From the NCBI GenBank assembly GCA_038883795.1, contig JAVZLK010000004.1, forward strand, positions 32,001-96,000: DNA of 64,000 bases, in the 5' to 3' direction. Position 1 is the first letter of the stretch. The number at the start of each line of letters is the position of its first letter. Shown here in pieces: positions 1 through 11,156 of the stretch. A program made the translations under genes and the position numbers. Origin of the DNA: Candidatus Bathyarchaeia archaeon. GTDB taxonomy: Archaea; Thermoproteota; Bathyarchaeia; Bathyarchaeales; Bathycorpusculaceae. Under the pieces are notes generated by a model. The model saw only the letters and a program-made list of their open reading frames with translations, ran no database searches and was not told the DNA's origin.

Positions 1-1075
1 AATTCTTAAAGAGTTTGGCATAACAGACGAGAAGAGAGCAAAAAGAGTGAAAAGATACCTTGGACATTTGGTAAAAAGGGACATTTTAAAAGAGAAAAAT
101 GAAGTTTACACACTGAATCCAAAATATGCCACAACATGGGAACGCATCAAAAAACTTGTAACAAGCCTCGGCGACCGCTTCTTCTTTACAAAAACCTCGG
201 AAACAACAAGCCTCATGAAAATCTTGAAGGATGGAAAAGAGCATTGGTTGACAACTCTTGACATTGCTTTTCTGACGCTTTTCACTTTGCAAACGCTCAT
301 GGAAGAATGCTGGAATAGGCATGTTTTGCTTATAGGCATAACGAAAGATACGGCGGCAAGGGATTTCAAAAGGCAGCTCATTCCAATAATGAATAATGAA
401 GGCTTGTTGAAGGCAAATGTTACGCCTGAAGAGTTTGAAAAACTGCCAAACACGGACCGCATGATTCTCCAATCCACAAGCATTTTCAACCCGGAAGAAA
501 TTAAGCCTCCGTGGAGCCTTATTGAGTATGATTCAGCTTACAGAACAATGATTCCAGATAGGCAGGGCAGAAAGGGATACGTTTCAGGTGCCATAAAAAA
601 CAAGATAGGCTTAGAAAAAACTTTCTTAAAAACCTATGTGCAGTTAAGCCAAGCAAAAACAGATCCGCTTTTGCGCAGTAACGTCCTCTTGGTGGACCGT
701 TTGGTCTATCCAGAGTATGATTATAAGCCAGAAAATGTTGTGGAGTTTTGGAATGAGCTCAGCGATGGAACAAGAGAAACCGTTGAAACCATCTTATTTG
801 TGGATAAGGAAGTTCCTAATGAGATTCAGAATTTGGTTATGGTTGTTTTGGAGGCTATGGCACCGTCTAGCATTCCAGAAGCCTTCGGTCATAACAAGCC
901 TTTGTTCATCGCAGATAAAGTTGCAAAGTGGAATTATAACCAGTTCAAGCGTATAGTAGATACGACGGCTGATTGGATACTCAATAACCATAAATTGAGA
1001 AAGTTCATATTTTACATGAGCACCTTTAGGGAGAGGAGGGCAACAATTGAAGCGGCAAGAAGAGAACAATTTTAA
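1..1075 (+). CDS. NurA-like 5'-3' nuclease with a winged-helix-like insertion (5'-truncated by window edge)
   Basis: Frame is open from position 2. NurA-type motifs LLIGITKDT and IPEAFGHNKPLFIADKVAK (GYPxPLxxAD-like). Overlaps the downstream HerA-like gene. Confidence 0.7.
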   Translation, partial: ILKEFGITDEKRAKRVKRYLGHLVKRDILKEKNEVYTLNPKYATTWERIKKLVTSLGDRFFFTKTSETTSLMKILKDGKEHWLTTLDIAFLTLFTLQTLMEECWNRHVLLIGITKDTAARDFKRQLIPIMNNEGLLKANVTPEEFEKLPNTDRMILQSTSIFNPEEIKPPWSLIEYDSAYRTMIPDRQGRKGYVSGAIKNKIGLEKTFLKTYVQLSQAKTDPLLRSNVLLVDRLVYPEYDYKPENVVEFWNELSDGTRETVETILFVDKEVPNEIQNLVMVVLEAMAPSSIPEAFGHNKPLFIADKVAKWNYNQFKRIVDTTADWILNNHKLRKFIFYMSTFRERRATIEAARREQF

Positions 1076-2924
1076 CAGTTTCTGCTTCACAGATTTTGAT
1101 GGAAGATTCCGCGCTAGGCTGGCAGCCGTCATACCAAGGTTTTTTGCTGCTGCTGAAGAGACTAAGCTTGCTGGCACAAGCGCTCGCTATCAATGTCGAA
1201 TTAAGGTTGAGTATCAGAAGGATTTGATGGGCCTTTTGGAAGAGGGCATGCTTTTGGCTGTTAAGAATTTCAAGCAGTGTGGAGAAGGCGAAGAACGTTT
1301 TACGCTTATGGAGATTAGCCGTGTTTGGCCTGAACATTTTGGTTTGAGGGGTTTGTCTGATCATGGTTATTATCCTATGCAGTTTGAGATTATTGAGCAG
1401 TCTGAGGAGGATTGGCAGACTGACGATAGGTCTACGATGATGGTTCAGATAGATGCCATACCAATAAATTATGATTTGATTGTTAATAGAAAATGTGAGT
1501 TTGAGTTTGTTAAAGGCTTCTCCTACCCAGTTGTGGGCAGCCCAGCCTATCTTTTAAACGGCGAAATGATAAATCGCATGTATAACCAGAAAATCGCTGA
1601 AAAGTTGGGAATAGACCCATCCAAAACTGTCAGTGACGCCCGTGCGGACCCGAGGCTTGGTTTAATAAAAATGTTTCAGGCAAGTGAAACTATAATTCCA
1701 ATTTATGTAGATTTTGAGAAGCTTGTGCGCTACCATTTCGGCGTTTTCGCCTTCACGGGCGGTGGAAAAAGCAATTTGATGTCGAATATTTTGAGAAGAT
1801 TATTGTATCATACTGAGCAAACGAAGGTTGTGGTTTTTGACATAAGCTGCGAATACGTTTTCCTTTTACTTGACATTTTAACGGATCCAGCGATTTCTGC
1901 GAAGGTTATTATGGAAAATAGGATAGATTCGTTAGAGCAATTTTTCAATTCTGTTGTTAAACCACGAGAGTACGAGACTGACGAGCGGATTAAGAAGGGA
2001 CTTAAATGTATAATGGACCAAGGCAGACTTTTCTATTACAAAAGACCACGGGGGAAGGTTCCAACTTACAGCGAGTTTATGGAAGAGCTGAGCGACCAAA
2101 GGAAGGGTTCTGCTGACAAGCCAAATTACATGAATGCCATTGACGAGATTCGTGATGCCATATTAGAGTATATTGAAGAGCATGGGCTTATGGAAAATCA
2201 GGAAGTCAGCGAAGACTTTGTTAAATATATAGACGAAATATCGAGAGCCAAAGTGGAGGAGTTTAAGGTTCACGAAAAAAGCGGTTTGTATGCTTGGGCA
2301 ACAACGCGGAGCATGCTTTTGGATAGGATAAAAAGGCGCAATGAAAGGGAAGAGAAGGAAACGGGCGGATTAGCCATAGAAAAAATTCGGGAGTTGCTTG
2401 AAGACAAAACAACGAGGCTTATTTGCATCTCAATTTCGGACCCATTCACGATAAAGGATTTGGTGATAACGCTTACGCAGGATTTGCTTGTTAGGAGAAA
2501 ACGCAAATTCCAAGTTAAACCATACATCCTCCTCGTTTTCGATGAAGCACAAGAATTCATACCAAGCGGAGGCTCTGGCATCGATGCCAAATGTTCTGGG
2601 CATGTGGAAACCTTGCTAAGGCAAGGACGCAAATACGGCTTAGGCGTTTGCATCGCCACGCAACGCATAGCCTACTTGAATACGAATGCCCTACAACAGC
2701 TTCACACATATTTTGTTGGCACTTTGCCAAGACCATACGACCGCCAACTTGTAAGCGAAACTTTTATGATAGATAAGGGCATCTTAGAGAAAACTTTGGA
2801 GTTTGCGCCTGGCGAATGGCTATTGTCAAGTTATATAGCGACTGGAATGGAGAACGTGCCAATATTCATAAAGGCGGACAACGCAGAAAACGAAATAGAA
2901 AAATATCTTAAATCAAACGCTTAA
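1047..2924 (+). CDS. HerA-like/FtsK-family ATPase (DUF87)
   Basis: Walker A AFTGGGKS, Walker B LLVFDEAQ, RQGRKYGLGVCIATQR motif, N-terminal HAS-barrel-like region. Confidence 0.85.
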   Translation: MKRQEENNFNSFCFTDFDGRFRARLAAVIPRFFAAAEETKLAGTSARYQCRIKVEYQKDLMGLLEEGMLLAVKNFKQCGEGEERFTLMEISRVWPEHFGLRGLSDHGYYPMQFEIIEQSEEDWQTDDRSTMMVQIDAIPINYDLIVNRKCEFEFVKGFSYPVVGSPAYLLNGEMINRMYNQKIAEKLGIDPSKTVSDARADPRLGLIKMFQASETIIPIYVDFEKLVRYHFGVFAFTGGGKSNLMSNILRRLLYHTEQTKVVVFDISCEYVFLLLDILTDPAISAKVIMENRIDSLEQFFNSVVKPREYETDERIKKGLKCIMDQGRLFYYKRPRGKVPTYSEFMEELSDQRKGSADKPNYMNAIDEIRDAILEYIEEHGLMENQEVSEDFVKYIDEISRAKVEEFKVHEKSGLYAWATTRSMLLDRIKRRNEREEKETGGLAIEKIRELLEDKTTRLICISISDPFTIKDLVITLTQDLLVRRKRKFQVKPYILLVFDEAQEFIPSGGSGIDAKCSGHVETLLRQGRKYGLGVCIATQRIAYLNTNALQQLHTYFVGTLPRPYDRQLVSETFMIDKGILEKTLEFAPGEWLLSSYIATGMENVPIFIKADNAENEIEKYLKSNA

Positions 2925-2929
2925 AATTT

Positions 2930-3724
2930 TCAGGTTCTTATGGAGAGATACGTCTTATATGATTTGAAGCCTACTTTTGAATATGCACGTATGGCTGGGG
3001 CGTTATCTGCTATTACATAGATTATTGCTATTGGAGATCTTTTGAAAATTTTTTGGACAAGAGCAGACACGATAGATGTAGCGTAACCTCTATTTCTGTA
3101 ATGTTCATCAGTGGCTACAACTCCAATTAGGCTTGCAAAATCCACGAATCGAGCATTGCCAACAGAAACCAGTCTACCTTCTTTTCTTATGCCAAGCCAG
3201 AAAACGTTTTGCCATCTCTGCTTCAACTGTTCTGCATTAGTTTCGCCCCACCACTCAGGATCGCATCGTCTCATTAATGCTGCAACTTCCTCAGCGTCTT
3301 CAACATTTAGCCTTATGGGAGTTTCAGTTATTTGAATGCGCTCGTCTCCGCGGTTCAAGCACATCAGCACCATGTTCTCTTTAACGCGTGGCTTAAATTT
3401 CTGACAAATGACATCTTCGCAGTCTGGTGGCGCCTGCAATTCAACCTTCTCAAGATTAGCATATTCAAGTAACTTCTGCACAGCTTCCCGACTGCCTCTA
3501 AACTGGACAATATAATCAGAAAAAATTAGCAGCAAACCTAATACTTCCCTTCTCTCCACTGCCAGAAATATCTTTGTCTGTTCCCTACGTTGAGTCCAAT
3601 CAAGTATGAAAAAATAGTAATCTAACTGGTCGCGGTTTACATATTCCCAGAACGTCTGCTCGTAACCTTCAGTCACAGAAACAATTTTCATAAATACAGT
3701 CTCCGAACAGGTAATAAGGCGCAA
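2930..3724 (-). CDS. GNAT family N-acetyltransferase
   Basis: VATDEHYRNRGYAT acetyl-CoA-binding motif; NAPAIRAYSKVGF. Confidence 0.85.
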   Translation of the reverse strand: MRLITCSETVFMKIVSVTEGYEQTFWEYVNRDQLDYYFFILDWTQRREQTKIFLAVERREVLGLLLIFSDYIVQFRGSREAVQKLLEYANLEKVELQAPPDCEDVICQKFKPRVKENMVLMCLNRGDERIQITETPIRLNVEDAEEVAALMRRCDPEWWGETNAEQLKQRWQNVFWLGIRKEGRLVSVGNARFVDFASLIGVVATDEHYRNRGYATSIVSALVQKIFKRSPIAIIYVIADNAPAIRAYSKVGFKSYKTYLSIRT

Positions 3725-3746
3725 TGTGGAATAAAAGTTTAAGAAT

Positions 3747-4742
3747 TTATACTGCTGCCTTTGCAGGTTGCGTCATTCCGCATTTTTTGAGCAGTTTATT
3801 CCATCTTTCATCTGTTATTCTTTGTATTTCGTTAAGCATCTTCTCGAATTGTGGCGTAAACAAATGCCTAAACCGTCCTTGCACTTCCAAATACTCCTTA
3901 ACGGGCTTTTTCTTTTGTGGACTCAAAGCCATAACCTTGCTTGGTGCCGAAAGCTGATATTCGCCGTTTACTGCTTCCCATAATGGGAATATGCATGTTT
4001 CCACAGCCAAACGCGAAAGCTCTATGGTTTTTGCTGGGTCGCTTCGCCATCCGCGTGGGCATGGCGCAAAAACGTGCAGAAAGGCTGGTCCATTCACTTC
4101 TAAGCCTCTTCTCACTTTTGTTATTAGGTCCCGCCAATAATATGGCGATGCTGTAGCCACATATGGCATTTCATGAGCCACCATAATATCTGCTATAGGC
4201 TTTTTAGGCTCCAGTTTTCCTGGTATTACGGTGCCCGCTGGCGATGTTGTTGTTGAAGCGCCTAGGGGCGTTCCGCCGCTTCTTTGGATTCCAGTATTCA
4301 TATACGCTTCATTATCGTAAAGCACAAACAAGAAGTCATGTCCCCTTTCCACTGCGCCGCTGAGTGCTTGGATGCCAATGTCGTATGTGCCGCCGTCTCC
4401 AGCCAAAGCAATAACGTCTATATGCTCATGCTTTATTCTCCCCTTCTTCTTTAGCACTTTTATGGCTGCCTCAATTCCAGAAGCGTTTGCAGCTGCATTT
4501 TCAAAGGCTGTGTGAAGCCATGGCAAAGCCCAAGAAGTGTATGGGTATATGGACGAGACCACTTCCATACAGCCAGTGGCATTAGTTACTATGGTTGGTC
4601 CCCTAACAGCTTTCATTATGAGCCTTAAAACTGTTGCTGGTCCGCAGCCTGCACATGCTCTATGTCCAGACAAGAAGAGGTTTGGTTTTTCGGCTATGTC
4701 TTTTGCGGTGAATTTCCATTCAGAAAACATTTTTTCACTCAT
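3747..4742 (-). CDS. porB: Pyruvate/2-oxoacid:ferredoxin oxidoreductase beta subunit
   Basis: GHRACAGCG, TPP-binding GDGG..YDNEAYMNTG, PCPRGW. Confidence 0.93.
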   Translation of the reverse strand: MSEKMFSEWKFTAKDIAEKPNLFLSGHRACAGCGPATVLRLIMKAVRGPTIVTNATGCMEVVSSIYPYTSWALPWLHTAFENAAANASGIEAAIKVLKKKGRIKHEHIDVIALAGDGGTYDIGIQALSGAVERGHDFLFVLYDNEAYMNTGIQRSGGTPLGASTTTSPAGTVIPGKLEPKKPIADIMVAHEMPYVATASPYYWRDLITKVRRGLEVNGPAFLHVFAPCPRGWRSDPAKTIELSRLAVETCIFPLWEAVNGEYQLSAPSKVMALSPQKKKPVKEYLEVQGRFRHLFTPQFEKMLNEIQRITDERWNKLLKKCGMTQPAKAAV

Positions 4743-4749
4743 CTCTTTT

Positions 4750-5982
4750 TCACTCCCTTAAACCAACATAATTTACCAATTTTTCAACACGTCCTGTTTT
4801 GATTATCCTCCGCAAATCCTCATAAATACCACGTATTTGAGCTGGGCTTGTGTCTCTTCCACCTAAACCATAAACATAATTCACTACATGAGGACGCTCT
4901 CTAACATCGTAAAGCGCATGCCGAACCTCATGGAAAACTGGTCCGCCGTGGCTTCCGAAGCTGAGGCTTCTATCCATGACAGCCACAGCTTTCACATTTT
5001 TAAGCGCTTCAACGATTCCTTCGACTGGTAGGGGTCTGAAAGTGCGCATTCGCAGCAGTCCTGCTTTTATGCCTTCAGCCCTAAGCTCGTCCACAACAGC
5101 CTTAACCGTTCCAGCCGTAGAACCCAAACATACCGTGGCGATTTCTGCATCATCCATGTGGTAGAGCTCTAAAAGCCCATCTCCATAATGTCTTCCACTT
5201 AGTTGGGCATATTCCTCATGTACTTGTCGTATCACCGTAAGCGCATTTTTCATGGCTTCTTCTTGCTGCCGCTTAAACTCAAAATAATAGTTTGGCAAAG
5301 CTATGGGTCCCATAGTTGTTGGATTTTCTGGGTCAAGCCTAAAAGGCACCATTTTTCCTTCGTGATTCTCTACTAGTGGGAATTGGCGAATTCCAACAAA
5401 CTTTTTCACTACATCATCTGGGAGAACTTGCACATTTTCCAGCGTGTGGCTTAAAGTGAAGCCGTCCAAACCCACGATGGCTGGCAACAAGACTTCTGGG
5501 TTTTCAGCTATTTTGAAGGCTTGAATTACAGAGTCATAAGCTTCTTGAGCATTTTCAACATAAATTTGTATCCAACCACTATCCCGTTCAACCATGGTGT
5601 CGGAATGATCGCCGTGGATGTTTAATGGTGCTGACAAAGCCCTATTAGCGATTGCCATAACCACTGGCGCACGGCATCCAGAAGTTACAAAAAGCATCTC
5701 ATGCATCAAAGCCAAACCAGCAGAAGCCGAAGCCGTAAAAGCCCTTGCACCAGTCACAGAAGCCGCAAGACACGCAGTCAAAGCACTGTGCTCTGATTCT
5801 GTGCAGACAAATTCTGTTTCAACCTCGCCATTGGCCACATATTCGCTGAACTTTTCAACAATTATTGTTTGAGGCGTAATGGGATAAGCAGCCACAATGT
5901 CAACATCAGACTGCTTCACGGCATAAGCAACAGCCTCATCCCCGTTTAGGGCTAAAACCTCCTGTTTAACAATACCCTTCAT
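4750..5982 (-). CDS. porA: Pyruvate/2-oxoacid:ferredoxin oxidoreductase alpha subunit
   Basis: AAYPITPQT, ESEHSA, NRALSAP, YGLGGRD. Confidence 0.93.
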   Translation of the reverse strand: MKGIVKQEVLALNGDEAVAYAVKQSDVDIVAAYPITPQTIIVEKFSEYVANGEVETEFVCTESEHSALTACLAASVTGARAFTASASAGLALMHEMLFVTSGCRAPVVMAIANRALSAPLNIHGDHSDTMVERDSGWIQIYVENAQEAYDSVIQAFKIAENPEVLLPAIVGLDGFTLSHTLENVQVLPDDVVKKFVGIRQFPLVENHEGKMVPFRLDPENPTTMGPIALPNYYFEFKRQQEEAMKNALTVIRQVHEEYAQLSGRHYGDGLLELYHMDDAEIATVCLGSTAGTVKAVVDELRAEGIKAGLLRMRTFRPLPVEGIVEALKNVKAVAVMDRSLSFGSHGGPVFHEVRHALYDVRERPHVVNYVYGLGGRDTSPAQIRGIYEDLRRIIKTGRVEKLVNYVGLRE

Positions 5983-6000
5983 TTTTATTACTCATCCTCC

Positions 6001-6279
6001 TCATCCAAGCTTCATTTCAATAGCCTTTGTTGGGCACTCGTTGGCGCATATTCCACAGCCTTTACAAAAGTTAAAGTCAAACTCAATATCCTCCTTCTCG
6101 GGATTCCAGTGAATTGCGCCATCGGGACAGAAAAGGACGCATAGAAGGCATCTTGTGCATTTTTCTGGGTCTCTAATGGGCATGTATGTTTTCCAATCTC
6201 CAGTTAAAAATTCTGTGCTCGGTTTCCAGCAAACTCCTGCTGGCGCAATTTCTTTCCAACCTTTCTCTTTAGCCGTCAT
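6001..6279 (-). CDS. porD: 2-oxoacid:ferredoxin oxidoreductase delta subunit (2x[4Fe-4S])
   Basis: TGDWK, CTRCLLCVLFCP and CKGCGICANECP. Confidence 0.92.
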   Translation of the reverse strand: MTAKEKGWKEIAPAGVCWKPSTEFLTGDWKTYMPIRDPEKCTRCLLCVLFCPDGAIHWNPEKEDIEFDFNFCKGCGICANECPTKAIEMKLG

Positions 6280-6845
6280 TCAGATTTCACCCTCTCATAA
6301 GCTTCTTTTATAACTGCAAAATTTTTCTCAGCCACACCCAACCTAAAACGCTCCTTAATGACTTTTTCTAGGCTTTCCAATTTTACCAGCTGGGTTACGC
6401 GGGCTACAGCGCCTAGCATGGCTGTGTTTGTTATGGACATTCCTAAAATGTTTATGGCGATTTCCGTAGCTGGAACAGTCCAAACCTTGCCTTTATTCAT
6501 ATTAAGTGTTTTTCGCATTTCCGCTGGATCATCCTTAGAGTTAATTATGATTGTTCCTTCTTCATTTAATCCTTCGGTGACAGAAACCGTTTTCAGCAGT
6601 GTTGGGTCCAAAACCACTACAACGTCGGGATTATAAACTGCACAGTGTATGTTGATTGGCTCTGTGCTTATTCTTGTGAAGGCTGTTACTGGTGCGCCCA
6701 TTCTCTCTGGACCAAACTCTGGAAAGGATTGGATAAACTTCCCCTCATAGATGGCTGCACGAGCTAGGAGTTCGCTGGCTGTCCATGCTCCTTGTCCACC
6801 TCTGCCATGCCATCTAACTTCCAAGATTTTTTTCAATATGCTCAT
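6276..6845 (-). CDS. porG: 2-oxoacid:ferredoxin oxidoreductase gamma subunit
   Basis: EVRWHGRGGQG, FGPERMGAPV; start moved to ATG 6845 (TTG 6836 also possible). Confidence 0.92.
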   Translation of the reverse strand: MSILKKILEVRWHGRGGQGAWTASELLARAAIYEGKFIQSFPEFGPERMGAPVTAFTRISTEPINIHCAVYNPDVVVVLDPTLLKTVSVTEGLNEEGTIIINSKDDPAEMRKTLNMNKGKVWTVPATEIAINILGMSITNTAMLGAVARVTQLVKLESLEKVIKERFRLGVAEKNFAVIKEAYERVKSE

Positions 6846-7040
6846 TCTCCATGAGTCTTCCAAGCTAATTGGGAAATCTAACATATACATTTTTCTATAC
6901 CGCGCGAAAGAAACGGGACAAGGCATATCAAATTTTAAATTTTCAAATTATTCAATGAAACAGCAATATTGTAACCATAATTCTTAAGTGGTAAAATTTT
7001 TCAATTAAATTTTTTAGACAACCAAGGGGCTGCGAAAATA

Positions 7041-8537
7041 ATGCCAGAAGCGGCAGCCAACACGGTGCTTTTGACGGCAGACAAAACATTAATGAGCGAT
7101 TATCATCGAAACATATTTTTGGGTTTTGGAACATGCGCCCCGCCGAATGTTATTCCAAACTGGCTTTACAGTTGGCTTTTCTTCCCACCAATAAAAACAA
7201 AAAATGGCATACCAATCGCAGCTCCATATGGACTAAGGAAAATTGAAGCTCAACTTTTAAGCGAAGGCTTCAACGTATTAACTGTTGCACCAGACCACCT
7301 TAAAAAGTACATAGACAAGGCAAAGGTTTTGGGTATATATGTCATGGACCCCTTCGGTTTGGGTCCAGCCTCAAGCACCTTCGCCTACATCCTTAAGAAA
7401 GAACCCTTTTTAGCGCAGCATTTCCGAGCCCTCTTAGATAAGCCGGAAGTCAGATGGGCTAAAAAGCATGGATTAAAGATTATTGTTGGCGGTCCTGGTG
7501 TTTGGCAGTTTCGTTATAGGCCAAAGTTTGTTGAAGAGTATGGAATAGACTGCATAATTGAGGGAGAAGCGGAAAAAGTCATAGGAAAAATTGTCCACGC
7601 AGCCCTTAACGGTGAAGAACTTCCAAAATATTATGAGGTTGGCATTAAAGAGGTGCCAGCCTTAAATGAGATTCCAGAAATTGTGAATCCTTCTATTGAT
7701 GGATTGGTGGAAGTTGGGCGTGGATGCTGTAGGGGATGCGAATTCTGCAGCGTAACATTAAAACCCTTAAGATGGTATCCCTACGAGAAAATACTGCGAG
7801 AAATTGACGTGAACATGAACTTTGGAGACATTAACTGGGCTTGCCTCCATGCGGAAGACGTTATGCTTTACGGCTCAAACAACACTATACCAAACGATGA
7901 AAAGCTCATTAAACTCCATCAATTGGTTTTAAAAAAGTGTGATGGAATAAGCTGGAGCCACTGTTCCTTAGCTGCTATCACATCAAAACCAAAACTTTTC
8001 TCGCAAATCGCCCAACTCATACTCCAAAAACAACCTTGGTGGGGTGCTGAGATTGGAATAGAAACGGGCTCGCCAAAACTTGCAGAAAAAATCATGCCAG
8101 CAAAAGCCCACCCCTTTAAGCCGCAGGAATGGCCAGAGGTTGTCCGCGCCAGCATGGGCTTGATGCATGATAATAAGCTGATTCCAGCTTGCACATTGAT
8201 TGTTGGCATGTTAGAAGAAACAGAAGAAGACATAATCAAGACCATAGAATTGGTAGAAGACCTTAAAGGTGTTAGAAGCTTAATCGTGCCTTTATTTTTT
8301 GTTCCCTTAGGCAGGTTGAAAGATAGAGAATGGTTTAAGGGAACCCAAATGACCGAACTGCATAAAGAATTATTAATCACATGCCTAAAACACGACTTTT
8401 ACTGGATAGAAAACCTAATAGACTTGGCTTTTGCAGGAAAATGGTACGCACACTTACTTCATCCATTTTACAAAGGTTTCGTAAAAATTGTTAAGAATAG
8501 AGCCATAAAGGCTGGAATAACAATAAAAACCAGCTAA
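7041..8537 (+). CDS. B12-binding-domain radical SAM protein
   Basis: RGCCRGCEFC (CxxxCxxC), APYGLRKIEA, IIVGGPG, GIETGS. Confidence 0.85.
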   Translation: MPEAAANTVLLTADKTLMSDYHRNIFLGFGTCAPPNVIPNWLYSWLFFPPIKTKNGIPIAAPYGLRKIEAQLLSEGFNVLTVAPDHLKKYIDKAKVLGIYVMDPFGLGPASSTFAYILKKEPFLAQHFRALLDKPEVRWAKKHGLKIIVGGPGVWQFRYRPKFVEEYGIDCIIEGEAEKVIGKIVHAALNGEELPKYYEVGIKEVPALNEIPEIVNPSIDGLVEVGRGCCRGCEFCSVTLKPLRWYPYEKILREIDVNMNFGDINWACLHAEDVMLYGSNNTIPNDEKLIKLHQLVLKKCDGISWSHCSLAAITSKPKLFSQIAQLILQKQPWWGAEIGIETGSPKLAEKIMPAKAHPFKPQEWPEVVRASMGLMHDNKLIPACTLIVGMLEETEEDIIKTIELVEDLKGVRSLIVPLFFVPLGRLKDREWFKGTQMTELHKELLITCLKHDFYWIENLIDLAFAGKWYAHLLHPFYKGFVKIVKNRAIKAGITIKTS

Positions 8538-8542
8538 TAACT

Positions 8543-8553
8543 AAACTTAAATA
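8543..8553 (+). promoter_or_regulatory. Putative BRE/TATA box for tRNA-Asn
   Basis: AAACTTAAATA about 37 nt upstream of the mature tRNA 5' end. Confidence 0.4.
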
Positions 8554-8589
8554 TCACTCAAAACTCAAAATCACAAGGCAACACAGGGA

Positions 8590-8663
8590 GCCGCCGTAGC
8601 TCAGTTCGGTAGAGCGGCTGGCTGTTAACCAGTCGGTCGTAGGTTCAAGTCCTACCGGCGGCG
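8590..8663 (+). tRNA. tRNA-Asn(GTT)
   Basis: Acceptor GCCGCCG/CGGCGGC, anticodon loop CT-GTT-AA, T-loop GGTTCAAGTCC. Confidence 0.97.
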
Positions 8664-8805
8664 CCTCTAAAATTTATAAGGTTTCGCTCTGTTAAATTGG
8701 ATACCCTCTCTAGAATTTTCATTAAAATTAGAGAATGCGAAAAGAGAAGTTTTATCATAATTTATAAGTCATGAGGAGAATATAACATTAAAAGGAGGAC
8801 AGTTA

Positions 8806-9135
8806 ATGAAAGAGGATTTTTCTAAGCTAATTTCTATAAAGAAGTGTCCAATTTGTGGAGGAGAACTCGAGAGAGGATATATATTTTCATCTTCTACCAT
8901 TCGCTGGGATTTGGAGAAGCCTAAATTTTCATGGGTTTGGACGTTTAGAGATATTGTACCTTTTTGGAATGCTCCAGCCTTAAGATGCGAACAATGTGAA
9001 ATTGTAATTTTCGATTGGGAAGAATATGTGAGTTCAACAACGCCAAAGAGCTTTATGAAGAAATGCGTAAAATGCGGCAAGGAAATCCCAATAGCTGAAC
9101 TACAATGTCCATACTGCGGTTCCAAGCAAAATTGA
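8806..9135 (+). CDS. Small multi-zinc-ribbon protein
   Basis: Four CxxC pairs (CPIC, CEQC, CVKC, CPYC); AGGAGG RBS upstream. Confidence 0.75.
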   Translation: MKEDFSKLISIKKCPICGGELERGYIFSSSTIRWDLEKPKFSWVWTFRDIVPFWNAPALRCEQCEIVIFDWEEYVSSTTPKSFMKKCVKCGKEIPIAELQCPYCGSKQN

Positions 9136-9191
9136 CAATATTCACGCATTGCATCCTTCTTTAGCGACCAAAAACGTTAAGCAAGAAAAGC

Positions 9192-9524
9192 TTATGTCTT
9201 ATTGATTTTTGCTTCTTTTCTGATCATCGAGACTTGCGTGGACATAAGCGGCGTTGGCATACTTGCCACTATGGGACGTTTTTGTATATGCTTATATCCA
9301 CATTCACATTTGAAGCCAATTATTTCGCCTCCACGTTTTATTATTTGCCACTTTCGTCCATTACAGCTGATGTCTTGTTTGTGAATTTTCCACAGAAGTC
9401 TTGCTTCATATGGCGTGAGAGGGGCATAATGTTTTGCTGATGTGAAATACCATGTTGCATAAACTACAAATATTGTCCACAAGGTGAAGGCAAGTATTTC
9501 TAGTGGTTCGAACATTTTTCTCAC
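9192..9524 (-). CDS. Hypothetical membrane-anchored protein with putative Zn-binding residues
   Basis: N-terminal TM helix, then H-x4-C and CECG. Confidence 0.65.
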   Translation of the reverse strand: MRKMFEPLEILAFTLWTIFVVYATWYFTSAKHYAPLTPYEARLLWKIHKQDISCNGRKWQIIKRGGEIIGFKCECGYKHIQKRPIVASMPTPLMSTQVSMIRKEAKINKT

Positions 9525-9640
9525 GTGTTTTTGTGTTCTACATATATACGATATGTCCTTTGTTTGACATATCTAAGTTGAGAATATTATCTCTTACGAT
9601 ATAAGCATTATGTAAGATTCCGAATACTAAACCCTAAAAC

Positions 9641-10114
9641 CTAAAACTGTTGAAGAACATCTCGCTTCTCCATAATATACCCACAATAATGACACTTCAA
9701 AATAAGCGGCTCTTCACTTTCAACATAAAATTTAGCCACAACAGGTTCATTACTATTGCTTATACAAGCAGGATTAGCACATTTAATAATGTCCTCAATA
9801 ACCTTTGGCAACTGAACCCTTTGTTTAGCCACAACATTATAATCACGGATAATGTTAATTGTGGCGTGGGGCGCCAACAAGGCAATTTTATGCACTTCTT
9901 GGGGGTTTAATTCCCTGCCCTCAATCTTGACAATATCCTTAACTTTAAAACGCTTACTTGGAACATTAATGGCAATTGTAATAATGCCCTTCTCTCTTCC
10001 AGTTATTCCCAAAATTCTAGCCACATCTAAGGCGTGACCGCCAGTTATATGGTCAATAACAGTGCCATCCTTAATTTTTGAAACGTGCAGCATCGTATCG
10101 CTCATGCGTACCAT
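9641..10114 (-). CDS. pyrI: Aspartate carbamoyltransferase regulatory subunit
   Basis: IKDGTVIDHI, KDIVKIE, CANPACIS, CHYC. Confidence 0.97.
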   Translation of the reverse strand: MVRMSDTMLHVSKIKDGTVIDHITGGHALDVARILGITGREKGIITIAINVPSKRFKVKDIVKIEGRELNPQEVHKIALLAPHATINIIRDYNVVAKQRVQLPKVIEDIIKCANPACISNSNEPVVAKFYVESEEPLILKCHYCGYIMEKRDVLQQF

Positions 10115-10199
10115 CTCTCTGTGAAGAGGCTATAATCTAAACAAGCATAAAAGATTTTAACTGTTCTGGCAGTGGTTGCTGATAAAAGTTATTTAGTAG

Positions 10200-11147
<948 letters not shown>

Positions 11148-11156
11148 CATTCGAAA

